A stretch of 64,000 nucleotides of DNA, taken from NCBI GenBank assembly GCA_038087875.1, contig CM075997.1:4652001-4716000 (forward strand). Direction: 5' to 3'. The notes under the pieces are model-generated. The model worked only from the letters and a program-made list of their open reading frames with translations, ran no database searches and was not told where the DNA came from. Below are positions 49,109-61,794 of the stretch, piece by piece; position 1 is the first letter of the stretch, and every line of letters begins with the position of its first letter. The position numbers and the translations under genes are program-made. The DNA comes from Malacoraja senta. Lineage: Eukaryota.

Positions 49109-50589
49109 TTCCTCTTGCAGTGTCCACCAGCACATCCCCAGCCTACATCGAGGGACAGCCATTGGGCTGGGCTGGGAGTGAGGGAGGGGGAGTTGTTGGT
49201 GGGTGTCTAACATCAACAATGAGGAACCCCTTCATCCGAGGGTGGTCGCGTTTAATGAAGACGAGGATCAATGTGTCAAATGCAGGAAGGTTCAGGAGAA
49301 AGGGGAATTTGGGGATTAATCCAGGGATGAGGGATGAGTGGGTCGGGGGACAGACACAAAGTGCCGGAGTAACTCAGCAGGTCGGGCAGCATTTCTGGAG
49401 TAACACTTCGGGTCAGAACCCTTCTTCAAGACTTCAGGAGTGAGACGGGTGGGATAGTTGCAGGTTGCCGCAGGGCTGTGGGGAGAGTGAGGTTGAGTTT
49501 CGTTTAGAGATACACCATGGAAACAGGCCCTTCGGCCCACCGGGGTCCAGGCTGACCAGTGATCCCCGCACATCCTACACCCACAAGGGACAATTTTACA
49601 CTTGTACCAAGCCTATTAACCTAAAATCCTGTACATCTTTGGAGTGTGGGAGGGAAGAGTTGATCTTGGAGAAATCCCACAAGGATCCGTACAGACAGCA
49701 GCCGTAGTCAGGATGGAACCTGGGTCTCTGGCGCTGTGAGGCAGCAACTCTACCGCTGCGCCAATGTGCCGCCCCAGATCTGCTTTAGTTTATAAACTCC
49801 GTGCCCACTCCTCAGTCATTGCTGGGAAGTGTGAGGAAGGGTGTAGACCCCTTAACGATGGCTCACACTTGGGGGGAGCGGGGCAAATAACAGCCCTGAG
49901 GGGCAAATACCCCAGCTATAGTTTTACTGATACAGGCCCTTTCAGTCACGAGTCTGTGCTGACCATCGATCACCCGCTCACACTAGTTCTACGTTGTCCC
50001 ATGTCCTCATCCACTCACTACACACTAGGGACAATTTACAGGGGGCAATTAACCTACAAACCCGCTCGTCTTTGAGATATGGAGGGAAACCGGAGCACCC
50101 GGAGGAAACCCGCGCAGGTCACATGGAGAAGGTGCAAACTCCACACAGACAGCAGAATAGTGAAATGCCTGGATAGAGTTGATGTGGAGCAGATGTTTCC
50201 ACTAGTGGGAGAGTGTCGGACCAGAGGTCACAGCCTCAGAAATAAAGGACGTCCTTTTAGGAAGGAGATGAGGAGAAGTTTCTTCAGTCGGAAGGTGGTG
50301 AATCTGTGGAATTCTTTGCCACAGAAGGCTGTGGAAGGCAAGTCAATGGATATTATTGATGGCGGATTCTTGATGAGTGCGGGTGTCAGGGGTTATGGCG
50401 CAAAGGCAGGAGAATGGGGTTAGGAGGGAGAGATAGATCAGCCATGAATGAATGGCAGAGTGGACTTGATGGGCCGAATGATCTAATTCTACTGCTATTC
50501 CTTCTCACCATATGAGCTTATAACCGAGGTCAGGATGTAACTCGGGCCTCCAGCGCTGAGAGGGAGCAGTTCCACCCGCGGTGCCACTT

Positions 50590-51185
50590 TGTATAGGGCT
50601 CTGGTGAGACCACATCTGGAGTATTGTGTACAGTTTTGGTCTCCTAATTTGAGGAAGGACATCCTTGTGATTGAGGCAGTGCAGCATAGGTCCCGCCACC
50701 CCAGAGATTGATCCCTGGGATGGCGGGACTGTCATATGAGGAAAGTGAAAAGACTAGGCTTGTATTCACTGGAGTTTAGAAGGATGAGGGGGGATCTTAT
50801 AGAAACATATAAAATTAGAAAAGGACTGGACAAGCTAGATACAGGAAAAATGGTCCCAATGTTGGGCGAGTCCAGAACCAGGGGCCACAGTCTTAGAATA
50901 AAGGGGAGATCATTTAAGACTGAGGTGAGAAAAAACTTTTTCACCCAGAGAGTTGTGAATTTGTGGAATTCCCTGCCACAGAGGGCAGTGGAGGCCAAAT
51001 CACTGGATGGATTTAAGAGAGAGTTAGATAGAGCTCCAGGGGCTAGTGGAGTCAAGGGATATGGGGAGAAGGTAAAGGCACGGGTTATTGATTGGGGACG
51101 ATCAGCCATGATCACAATGAATGGCGGTGCTGGCTCGAAGGGCCGAATGGCCTCCTCCTGCACCTATTTTCTATGTTTCTATGTT
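50590..51185 (+). mobile_element. CR1 LINE 3' part, ending about 55 nt before the last exon
   Basis: [19 protein letters not shown]...RLGLYSLEFRRMRGDLIETYKI...; TTTCTATG tail. Confidence 0.9.
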
Positions 51186-51240
51186 GACAAGCGCGGATGG
51201 TCTTACCTTCTGGTCTCTGTCCCCCCCCCCCCCCCCGCAG

Positions 51241-51542
51241 GTTTGCCGGGAATGCCGGGGGAGTTCGTATCTCCGGGAGGAGCGGTGGGGATGGGCATCG
51301 CACAGCCGGGGGGTTACCCACCGCCGCCCCCCCCAATGTCGCCGCACCCGGCCCAGCTGAGACACGGACCCTCGCTGCACTCCTTCATCCCCGGCCACGC
51401 CCACCACGCAGCCCTGATGATGCACCACAGGACACCGCCCCACCCGGCCCTGCCACCGCCGCCGCCGCCGCCAACCGCCGCCATCTTGAATCCCGGAGAG
51501 CCCATCGACAGTGGCCACGCCATGGATGTCCACGCCCACTAG
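51241..51542 (+). CDS. meis3: Terminal exon, long C-terminus (MEIS1b-type): GLPGMPGEFVSPGG...HPAQLRHGPSLHSFIPGH...GHAMDVHAH*
   Basis: Poly-C tract plus GCAG acceptor (AG 51239-51240); phase 1 fits the 42813 donor. HPAQLRHGP and terminal MDxHAx are MEIS hallmarks. HAH end, NRT and IRPPG favour meis3. Confidence 0.93.
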
Positions 51543-51915
51543 AGTGTGTAAAGAACATGTACAGGAGAGGAATAGTTTAATAAGATGTCCAGCCTTGGGG
51601 AGAAAACTAAGAGACACAAACTGGAATTCAGACTGCTGTGTGTGTGACACTGTTGTTTATTTTATATTGTACTTATTTGTGAATTTGAACAAGGACCAAT
51701 TCTGGAGCATCTTAATTAAACTCCTCCTCCGAGACTTTTATATATAACGAAACACTGAATGAGGAACGGACGACCGACGGCTCGAACCAGCTTTCGAGCA
51801 GTTACCACAAAGAAGGAAGAACTAAATTAACTTGTACCTTTGGTTTCCGATAGATTTTTCTTTTATACATAATAGATAAAGAAAAAAATAACGCCGAGAT
51901 CCAATGGCTTATTTC
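51543..51915 (+). other. meis3: Probable 3'UTR with a candidate non-canonical poly(A) site
   Basis: Unique AT-rich sequence; TGTA 51833-51836, AATAGA/GATAAA 51871-51880, GT-rich tract from ~51922; ATTAAA also at 51715-51720. Confidence 0.5.
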
Positions 51916-54609
51916 CACACTGAGTGTGCTGGTTGTTGTTGGGTGGGTGTGGGGGGAGGGGGGAGAGTGGGGGTGAGGGGTGGGTGGTTCGGGGTGGTGG
52001 AGGCTAAATAGATGCAACCAATTCCTTTTCAGTCGTAAACCAAAATGGCACTGTTCTGATGTTAGACAATGGACAATAGGTGCAGGAGTAGGCCATTTGG
52101 CCCTTCGAGCCAGCACCGTTGGGAACAGGGTTTCCAGCAGCATCTCGGAGCATTCGCTGGAGCCCCCAACCAATTCCCAACCAAGCATAAAACCAACATG
52201 ACAAAGCTCTCTGGATGGTGGGACATCATGTCGGAGAAAAAGCCAGCCAAACCAGGCCGGAAAACTAAAAAAACAATGAACTCAGCAGGTCAGGCAGCAT
52301 CTGCGGAGGGAAAAGGGCAGATGATGAGTCGGGTTGAGTCTTGGGCATCGCAGTGGCGCAGCGGTAGAGTTGCCGCCTCAGAGAACCAGAGACTTGCGGT
52401 TGGGTCCCGACTACAATGACTATCTGTGCAAAGTTTGCCCCTTCTCCCTGTGACCGCGTGGGTTTTCCTCCGAGGGCCCCAGTTGCCTCCCACATCCCAG
52501 AGAGGTGCAGGTTCATTGGCCCTCTGCAAATTGCGAGCACAAAACACAGTAAACGAAACTAACCTAACCTGGGATGTCAACGTGGGTTGACATGGAACTA
52601 GTGCATGGGTCGGCGTGGACTCGGTGGGCCGAAGGGCCTGTTTCCACACTGTGTCTCCAAACTAAAGGTGCTGCCTGACCCGCTGAGTTCCTCCGGCATT
52701 TTGTTTTTTGCTCAGGATTCCAGCATCTGCAGGATCCTGAGTCTCTCCAAGAACCCAAAGATGGTGTCTCTCGTCATTTAGGCAGCCCTGATTTCTCTTT
52801 CGGGGATCGGGTATGTATATTTGTCTATCTGTTTCAGAATTCCTTACTGTCCATCCATCTGCAGAGGTGTGCCTGCTAAGTCCATATATGCATATATCCA
52901 TACATCCAGGATAGGTTCAGAATCCTTCAATAATATTTTGTCATGTTTCCACTCAGTAACAATGACCAAGTTATCCCAAATTTTTTTGTCTTTGAATGGT
53001 TTGAACAGTTTCTTCCATTTTATTCCGCAATTGGCCAATGGAACATGAGCGGAACTCCACGATATCCCACATAGTAAGCCCTCAATCTGATTAAATATGT
53101 TTCGGTTGCCAACTTTCTTTGAAAGTCACGGCGTGAAAGGTTAAATGCTTAAGAGAGAACTGCAGATGCTGGAAAAATCGAAGGTAGACAAAAATGCTGG
53201 AGAAACTCCGCGGGTGAGGCAGCATCTATGGAGCGAAGGAATAGGCGACGTTTCGGGTCGAGACCATTCTTCAGACTGCCAGAGGAACTCAGCGGGTCAG
53301 CATGAAAGGTTAATGGGTAGGAAGGAACTGCAGCTGCAGGTTTACACTGAAGGTAGACACAAACTGCTGGAGTAACTCTGCGGGATAGACGACATCTCTC
53401 GAGAGGAGGAATGGGTGATGTTTTGGGTCATAGAAACATAGAAAATAGGTCCAGGAGTCGGCCATCCACCCCTTCGAGTCAGCACCACCATTCAATATGA
53501 TCATGGCTGATCATCCAAAATCTGTACCCCGTTCCTGCTTTCTCCCCATATCCCTTGATTCCATTAGCCCTAAGAGCTAAATCTAACTCTCTTGAAAACC
53601 TTCTCTCTTTTCTTCAGACCCTTCTTCAGACCGAGTCACGGGAGAGGGAAACAAGAGATATGGAAGGGTAAGGTGTGAAAAACAAGAGATCAAAGGGGAA
53701 GAAGCTCAAGGAGCTCGTGGTCGTAGAGCTGGATAGCGGGAGGAATAGACAATAGGAGGAGGCCATTCGGCCCTTCGAGCCAGCACCACCATTCAATGTG
53801 ACCATGGCTGATCATCCACAATCTGTACCCCATCACAGAATCACAGAGTGGGAGTAGCAAGAGAGGGTGTTGCAGAGAACTCTCGTCGGAGAGAGGAGGA
53901 GAACTTATTCCTTGAGCACATCTTGAGCAGATGTCACAGTGGCACCACATTTCCCTCTCCCCTGACTTTCAGAATGAAGGAGGGTCTCGACCCAAAACGT
54001 CACCCATTCCTTCTCTCCAGAGATGCTGCCTGTCCCGCTGAGTTACTCCACCATTTTGTGTCTATCTTCGGTTTGAAGAAGATCTCTTCCTCTCTCCAAC
54101 AAGAGATCTGCATCATCCTCTTTCGTTGTTCCCCCTCTGTGATTCCCCCTACTCTCCGGAGTCTGAGGAAGGGTCTCGACTCGAAACGCCATCCGCCCCT
54201 TCTCTCCAGAGATACTGCCTGTGTCCCGCTGAGTTACTCCAGCTTTTTGTGTCCATCTGCGGCCGTGAAAGGTTCATGTTGTGAGATCCCAACATTAGTT
54301 TTGGACTCTTCCTGGTAATGGTGTCAAGAATTCACCAGAGAAATAGAGGTAGGATTTGGGAAATGGATGAATGAAATGACGCATGGATCAACTGATAAGC
54401 AGTAACCCGACTTATTTGACAATTGGATGGGCCACAGTCATTCAATCCAAGTTCTCATAAGTTATAGGAACAGAATTAGGCCATTCGGCCCATCAAGTCA
54501 TCTCCATCATTTAATCATGGCTGATCTATCTTTCCCTCTTAGCTTGAGCTGCTGAGTTACTCCAGCACTTTGTGTATTTCTTTGTAAAATAGCATCTACA
54601 GCTCCTTAT

Positions 54610-55155
54610 TTGCAGTATTGTGTGCAGTTTTGGTCCCCTAATTTGAGGAAGGACATTCTTGCTATTGAGGGATTGCAGCGTAGGTTTACAAGGTTAATTC
54701 CCGGGATGGCGGGACTGTCATATGCTGAGAGAATGGAGCAGCTGGGCTTGTACACTCTGGAGTTTAGAAGCATGAGAGGGTATCTTATTGAAACATATAA
54801 GATTGTTAAGGGTTTGGACACGCTAGAGGCAGGAAACATGTTCCCGATGTTGGGGGAGTCCAGAACCAGGGGCCACAGATTAAGAATAAGGGGTAAGCCA
54901 TTTAGAACGGAGACGAGGAAACACTTTTACTCACAGAGAGTGGTGAGTCTGTGGAATTCTCTGCCTCAGAGGCCGATTCTCTGGATACTTTCAAGAGAGA
55001 GCTAGATAGGGCTCTTAAAAATAGCGGAGTGAGGGGATATGGGGAGAAGGCAGGAAGGGGTACTGATTGGGGATGATCAGCCATGATCACATTGAATGGC
55101 GGTGCTGGCTAGAGGGCCGAATGGCCTACTCCTGCACCTATTGTCCATTGTCTAT
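54610..55155 (+). mobile_element. CR1 LINE 3' part
   Basis: [19 protein letters not shown]...WNSLPQR plus UTR. Confidence 0.9.
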
Positions 55156-55241
55156 TCTTTCTACACACAATCATTCAATGTTAGGATGACGTATTTTTAA
55201 TTTCGGATCAGTTCTTGGCAAAGTTATCTGATAGAGTCTTA

Positions 55242-55544
55242 AGGGGCTGTCCCACTTACGCGATTTTTTCGACGACTTGCCGTCACCCGTCATAGTTGCA
55301 GCAGGTCTCCGAACATTTTCAACACATGTTGAAAATCCAACGGCTCTTTGTGCGACTACTCACGACCATACAGGCGTCACCCCGCGACTTGTCGACACAT
55401 GACGCTTGTATGGTCGCGAGTAGCCGCCCAAAGAGTCGTACTTTTTTCTGGATTTTCAACTTGTTTAAATTTTTCGGCCACCTGATGCAACTATGACGGG
55501 TGACGGCAGTCGCCGAAAAAAATCGCGTAAGTGGGACAGGGCCT
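55242..55544. mobile_element. Harbinger-like MITE
   Basis: Near-palindromic; TIR AGGGGCTGTCCCACTTACGCGATTTTTT; TTA on both sides. Confidence 0.85.
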
Positions 55545-56097
55545 TTAAGAATCATACAGCACGGAGACAGGTTCTTTAGCTCAGCTCGAACAGACTGACC
55601 AAGATGCCCCAGCTAGTCCCACTTGCCCGCATTTGGCCCATGTCCTTCTCAACCTTTCCTGTCCATGTTTGTGTCCAAGTGTCTTTTAAATACTATTATT
55701 GTACCTACCTCAACTACCTCCTCCGGCAGCTCGTTCCATGCACCCACCAACCGCTGAAAAAGTTCCCCTTCAAGCTCCTATTAAATCTTTCCTCTCTCAC
55801 CTTAAACCTATGTCCTCTGGTTCTTAATTCCTCTACTCTGGGCAAGAGACTGTAATCACCCTATCCTACTCATGATTTTCCACACCTCTATACGATCACC
55901 CATCAGCCTCCTGGGCACCAAGGAATAAAGTCCTAGTCTGCCCGACCTCTCCCTATAGCTCAGTTCTGGCAACATCCTTGTATATCTTCTCTGCACTCCT
56001 TCCACTTTAATGACATCTTCCCTGCTGCAGGGTGACCAAAACTGAAGACAACACTCCTAATGCAGCCTCATCAAAGTCATGCACGATTGCAACATAA

Positions 56098-56637
56098 AGA
56101 GGCTGTCCCACTTTGGCGACCTAATTGGCGAGTTTAGAAGAGTTTGAAAAAAGGATGTTGAAGACCTCCTTCGACTATTTAGAAGATCTCTTTTGACCTC
56201 CTTCGACTATGTTGAAGACTAGCTACGACTAACTTCGGGAAAATTGGACACCGAATAGTGGAGAGTGAAGACGACCTCCTTCGATCTCCTTCAACCTCCC
56301 TCCGACTATGATGAAGACCATCTACGACTACCTTCGATTACCCTCGATTACCTACGACTAACATGACGACCTACTACGACCTACTACGACTAAACCTACG
56401 AGTAAAAAATGTATCGATTTTTTCCATGGCGACCTTTTTTTTACTCGCGGGCATTTTTTAACATGTTGAGAAAACGCCGCGACCTAGCTGAGGCCTCAAG
56501 TACGCGGGGACCACTCTCGAGCATGAAGGAGAGTTACGAAGACCTCCTACGACCTCGTGTCGACCTGGCTGCGAGTATGAGTCGAGGGCAAACTCGCCAG
56601 AACTCGTGGATTAGGTCGCCCAAGTGGGACAGCCCCT
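56098..56637. mobile_element. Harbinger-like MITE with internal GACCT/CTACGAC repeats, nested in a minus-strand CR1
   Basis: AGAGGCTGTCCCACTTTGGCGACCTAAT / ATTAGGTCGCCCAAGTGGGACAGCCCCT flanked by TAA / TTA. Confidence 0.82.
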
Positions 56638-58254
56638 TTAACATCCCAACTTCTATACTCAATACCCTGAAGGCCAATGTACCAAAAGACATCTTTACCA
56701 CCCTCTCTGTGAAGCTGCTTTCCGGGAGCTATGTAAGTGTAGTCCCCGATCGCTTGACTCTACAACATCCCTCCAAGGCCCCACCACATTATTGCCCATG
56801 TCCACTTTAATCATTATAGTCGAGAATAAAATACTACTGAGTTTTATATATAGTTTAACTAACACAGTGGTGCAGCGGTAGAGTTGCTGCCTTTCACCGC
56901 CAGTGACGCTGATTGCGGGTGCTGTCTGTGCAGAGTTTGGACATTTCCCCGTGACCTGTGTGGGTTTTCTGCGGGTGCTCAGGTTTCCTCCCACACTCCA
57001 AAGACGTGTGGGTTTGTAGGTGAATTGGCTTTGGTGTAAATATAAATTGTCCCTCGTGTGTGTAGAGTAGTGCTCGTGTACGAGGCGATCGCTGGTGATC
57101 GCACTCGGTGGGACGAAGGGCCTGTTTCCGCGCTGTATCTCTAAAGTCTAAAGTCTTTACTTTCGATTTTCGAGATGCAGCGCGTGAACAGGCCATTCGG
57201 CCCACAGAGTCAATGCTGACCAGCGATCAACTCTCACACTAACACTATCCTACACACACTAGGGACAATTTACATTTATACCAAGCCAATTAACCTACAA
57301 ACCTGCACGTCTTTGGAGTGTGGGAGGAAACCGGAGCACCCGGAGAAAACCCACATGGTCACAGGGAGAACGTACAAACGCCACACAGACAGCACCCGTA
57401 GCCAGGATCGAACCCGGGTTTCTGCCGCTGTGAGGCAGCAACTCTACCGCTGCGTCATCGTGCCGCCCAAGACATTTAATACAATCTGGAGCTTTATTTC
57501 ACAATGATTTTTCAGACAATCTCTTACTCATCTGTATGTGTGTGATGTGTCGGAAGGAACTGCAGATGCTGGTTTCAACCGAAGATAGACACAAAAAGCT
57601 GGAGTAACTCAGCGGGTCGGGCAGCATCTCTGGAGAGAAGGTATAGGTGACATTTCGGGTCAAGACCCTTCTTCAGACTTCTGAAGTCCTTCTAAATTCT
57701 GAGTTCAGTCTGAAGGAGGGTCTCGACCCGAAATGTCACCTATTTCTTTTCTCCAGAGATGCTGCCTGTCCCGCTGAGCTGCTCCAGCATTTTGTGTGTG
57801 TGTGTGTGATCTTTTCCCACATTCAGCAGGCAACTGTGAAGTCCAAGTCCCTGTGTTTCAAAAGGACAAAGTCCTTTGGAGTGAATACTGGCCAAAATGA
57901 AGTTGCCTGGAACTAGCAGCTTGGGGTAGACAGGGAACTTTGAACATGTCAGCAATGTGATCGCAACGTCCTAATTCATGGCGGGACCTTGAAGATTTGG
58001 TCCATTTCCAGGGTGCAGATGATGTAATGAAAGTCCCATTCCGAAATGTGGCCATTGCAATTTGTCTGAAAGAGTCTGAAGAACGGTCTCGATCCGAAAC
58101 ATCACCCATTCCTTCTCTCCAGAGATGCTGCCTGTCCCGCTGAGTTACTCCAGCTTTTTGTGTCTACCTTTGGTTTAAACCGGCACCTGCAGTTCCTTCC
58201 GACACCTGGTGAACAAGCCACTTCCCAGAAGCAGAAAGCAATATCTACAAGAAG

Positions 58255-58575
58255 GGGCGGCGCGGTGGCGCAGCGGTAGAGTTGCTGCCTTACAGCACTC
58301 ACAGCGCCAGAGACCCAGGTTCAATCCCGACTACGGGTGCTGTCTGTACGGGGTTTGTACTTTCTCCCCGTGACCTGCGTGGGTTTTCTCCGAGATCTTT
58401 GGATTCCTCCCACACTCCAAAGACGTGCAGGTTTGGAGGTTAATTGGCTTGGTGTAAATGTAAATTATCCCTAGTGTGTGTAGGATAGTGTTAGTGTGCA
58501 GGGATCGCTGGTCGGCGCGGATTCGGTGGGCTGAAGGGCCTGTTTCCGCAGTGTATCTTTAAACTAAACTAAACC
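58255..58575 (+). mobile_element. HE1-type SINE, full length
   Basis: Head, V-domain and TAAAC tail. Confidence 0.9.
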
Positions 58576-58717
58576 AGGTGTGAGGGCCCAGTCGGTGGGG
58601 ATATTGTGGTGCTTGTTTCAGCGCTGTATCTCTAAACAAAACTAAATGCATGTCATCCCAGTGAATCCTGGAAAGGATGGTGTTGGAAAAGGCCACCAAC
58701 CATCCCGAGGACTTCTG

Positions 58718-58932
58718 TGTTAAAGAAGGAACTGCAGATGCTGGAAAATCGAAGATACACAAAAATGCTGGAGAAACTCAGCGGGTGCAGCAGCATCTAT
58801 GGAGCGAAGGAAATAGGCAACGTTTCGGGCCGAAACCTTCTTCAGACGGGTTTCGGTACGAAACGTTGCCTATTTCCTTTGCTCCATAGATGCTGCTGCA
58901 CCCGCTGAGTTTCTCCAGCATTTTTGTGTACC
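58718..58932. mobile_element. Palindromic Penelope-derived element with a 15-bp TSD
   Basis: Inverted arms; TCCCGAGGACTTCTG at 58703-58717 and 58933-58947. Confidence 0.8.
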
Positions 58933-59531
58933 TCCCGAGGACTTCTGCTCTGTTGTCATCTGTGGTACATTGGCACAGCGGTAGAGTTGCTGCCTAAACA
59001 CCTCTAGAACCTTTCAAAAGGAGATGAGGAGGAATTTCCTTTTAGAGAGGGTGGTGAATCTGTGGAATTCTTTGCCACAGAAGGCTGTGGAGTCCAAGTC
59101 AGCGGATATTTTTAAGGCAGAGATTGATAGATTATTGATTAGTACGGGTGTCAGGGGTTATGGGGAGAAGGCAGGAGAATGGGGTTGAGAGGGAACGATA
59201 GATCAGCCATGATTGAATAGTGGAGTAGACTCAATGGGCAAAATGGCCTAATTCTGCTCCTTAAACCCATGAGCTTACAACACCAGAGATCTGGGATCGA
59301 TCCTGACTTTGGGTGCTGTCTGTACAGTGTTTGTATGTTCTGTGACCGCGTGGGTGTTCTCCGGGTGCTCAGGTTTCCTCCCAAACTCCAACAACGTATG
59401 TGTTTGTAGGTTGATTGTAGTTCTACCTTGGCCACTCACGTTCGGTATCCACTCTTCACATGGTGTTCAAATGTTCCTGGTCACTTGGGTATCTCATTGT
59501 GTGACAAGCAATGACAAACAAGCAAAAACAG

Positions 59532-60298
59532 GAAGGCAAATTACTATCTAAATGGCGTCAAGTTGGGAAAAGGGGAAGTACAACGGGATCTGGGGGTCCT
59601 TGTTCATCAGTCTATGAAAGTAAGCATGCAGGTACAGCAGGCAGTGAAGAAAGCGAATGGCATGTTGGCCTTTATAACAAGAGGAGTCGAGTATAGGAGC
59701 AAAGAGGTCCTTCTGCAGTTGTATAGGGCCCTAGTGAGACCACACCTGGAGTATTGTGTGCAGTTTTGGTCCCCTAATTTGAGGAAGGACATTCTTGCTA
59801 CTGAGAGAGTGCAGCATAAGTTTACAGGGTTAATTCCCGGGATGGCGGGACTGTCATATGCTGAGAGAATGGAGCGGCTGGGCTTGTACACTCTGGAGTT
59901 TAGAAGGATGAGAGGGAATCTTATTGAAACATATAAGATTGTTAAGGGTTTGGACACGCTAGAGACAGGAAACATGTTCCCGATGTTGGGGGAGTCCAGC
60001 ACCAAGGGCAACAGTTGAAGAATAAGGGGTAAGCCATTTAGAATGGAGACGAGGAAACAGTTTTTCTCACGGATAGTGGTGAGTCTGTGGAATTCTCTGC
60101 CTCAGAGGGCGGTGGAGGCCAGTTCTCTGGATACTTTCAAGAGAGAGCTAGATAGGGCTCTTAAAGATAGTGGAGTCAGGGGATATGGGGAGAAGGCAGG
60201 AACGGGGTACTGATTGGGGATGATCAGCCATGATCACATTGAATGTCGGTGCTGGCTCGAAGGGCCGAATGGCCTACTCCTGCACCTATTGTCTATTG
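59532..60298 (+). mobile_element. CR1 LINE 3' part (longest uninterrupted copy here)
   Basis: QRDLGVLVH...[43 protein letters not shown]...; TATTGTC tail. Confidence 0.92.
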
Positions 60299-60421
60299 AC
60301 TGGTAGTCCCAACAGGGGAAGAAGTTGGTGGTTGAACCATGGAACAGAAGGGTCAGGGGGGGCATGGTCGGAAAATTCCGTGGTCAGGAAATGAGAGGAG
60401 GAGAGTAACAACAAGAGACAG

Positions 60422-61080
60422 GAGATAGACACAAAAAGCTGGAGTAACTCAGCGGGACAGGCAGCATCTCTGGAGAGAAGGAATGGGTGACGTCTCTCTC
60501 GAGACCCTTCTTCAGGCTGAGAGTCAGGGGATAAGGGAAACGAGAGATATAGACGGTGATGTAGTGAGATATAGATCAAATGAATGAAAGATATGCACAA
60601 AAAGAAAGCGATAAAGGAAACAGGCCATTGTTAGCTGTTTGCTAGGTGAGAACGAGAAGCTGGTGTGACTTGAGTGGGGGAGGGATGGAGAGAGAGGGAA
60701 TGCAGGGGCCACTTGAAGTTAGAGAAAGCAACACTCATACCGCTGGGGTGTAAGCTGCCCAAGTGAAATATGAGATGCTGTTCGGCCAATTTGCGCTGGG
60801 CCTCACTCTGACAGTGGAGGAGGCCCAGGACAGAAAGGTCAGTGTGGGAATGGGAAGGGGAGTTAAAGCGTTTGGGAACCGGGAGATCCAGCAGGCCTTG
60901 GCAAGATCCAGCAGATCGAGTGCAAGATGGCGGCGAGGTGGGAGGTAAAGGGACAGGTGTTCCATCTCGTACCAGGGGAGGGGATGGTTTGGGTGGGAAG
61001 AGATGAGTGAAATAGGGAGTTGTGGAGGGAACGGTCTCTGCGGAAGGCGGAAAGGGGTAAAGATGGGAAGATGTGGCTTG
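60422..61080 (-). mobile_element. Penelope-like element 3' region
   Basis: GIY-YIG tail as at 2700 and 45686, plus UTR and a degenerate terminal repeat. Confidence 0.78.
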
Positions 61081-61648
61081 TGGAGATGAGGAGTGATCGG
61101 TTGTTTCTCCGACTGACTGTATCGCTAAACTAAAATGAAACTAATCTGCAAACCTGGAGGGCAATTCTAAATGAGGTACAAGAACGGAGAGATTCAGTGG
61201 TATCTATGGTGGAAGAAGTTGAGAGAATTATTAAAATTGCATGCAGGATCCTTGGTTTTATGGACAAATGTTTAGTTTAGTTTTAGGTTAGAGATGCAGC
61301 CTGGAAACAGGCCCACCGAGTCAACACCGCCCAGTGATCACCTGTACGCTAGTTCTGTCCCACACACTTGGGACAATTTACAGAAGCCTACAAACCCACA
61401 AACCCGCACGTCTTTGGGATGTGGGAGGAAACCGGAGCACCCCGGAGAAAAACCCACGCGGTCCCGTGCAAACTCCACACAGACAGCACCCGTGGTCAGG
61501 ATCGAACCGGGGTCTCTGGCGCTGTGCCGCCGTGCCGCCACTGTGTGAAGTAGAAGAACCAGGAGGTTATGAGGAAACTTTCTAAAAGAGCAGATCAAAC
61601 TGGGGAACTTTTTGTTGAGTTTTGGGCACCACTTTAGGGAAGACGTAA

Positions 61649-61794
61649 AGGGCCTGTCCCACTTGGGTGTCATTTGCGTGTCAATTACGCGACATCATTT
61701 ACGCGTCACGACGCATTACGCGCGCGATTTTGGGATTCACGAATTCTTCGCATGCCACCTGACGCACAAATAACGCCCAAGTGGGACAGGCCCT
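61649..61794. mobile_element. Harbinger-like MITE
   Basis: AGGGCCTGTCCCACTTGGG / CCCAAGTGGGACAGGCCCT with perfect TAA TSD (61646-61648, 61795-61797). Confidence 0.88.

Noticed and set aside
50736..51542. 268-aa ORF fusing the CR1 ORF2 C-terminus in frame to the Meis last exon
   Set aside because: A strong acceptor at 51240 explains the Meis part; there is no promoter or evidence for a chimeric transcript, so the open frame is probably coincidental.
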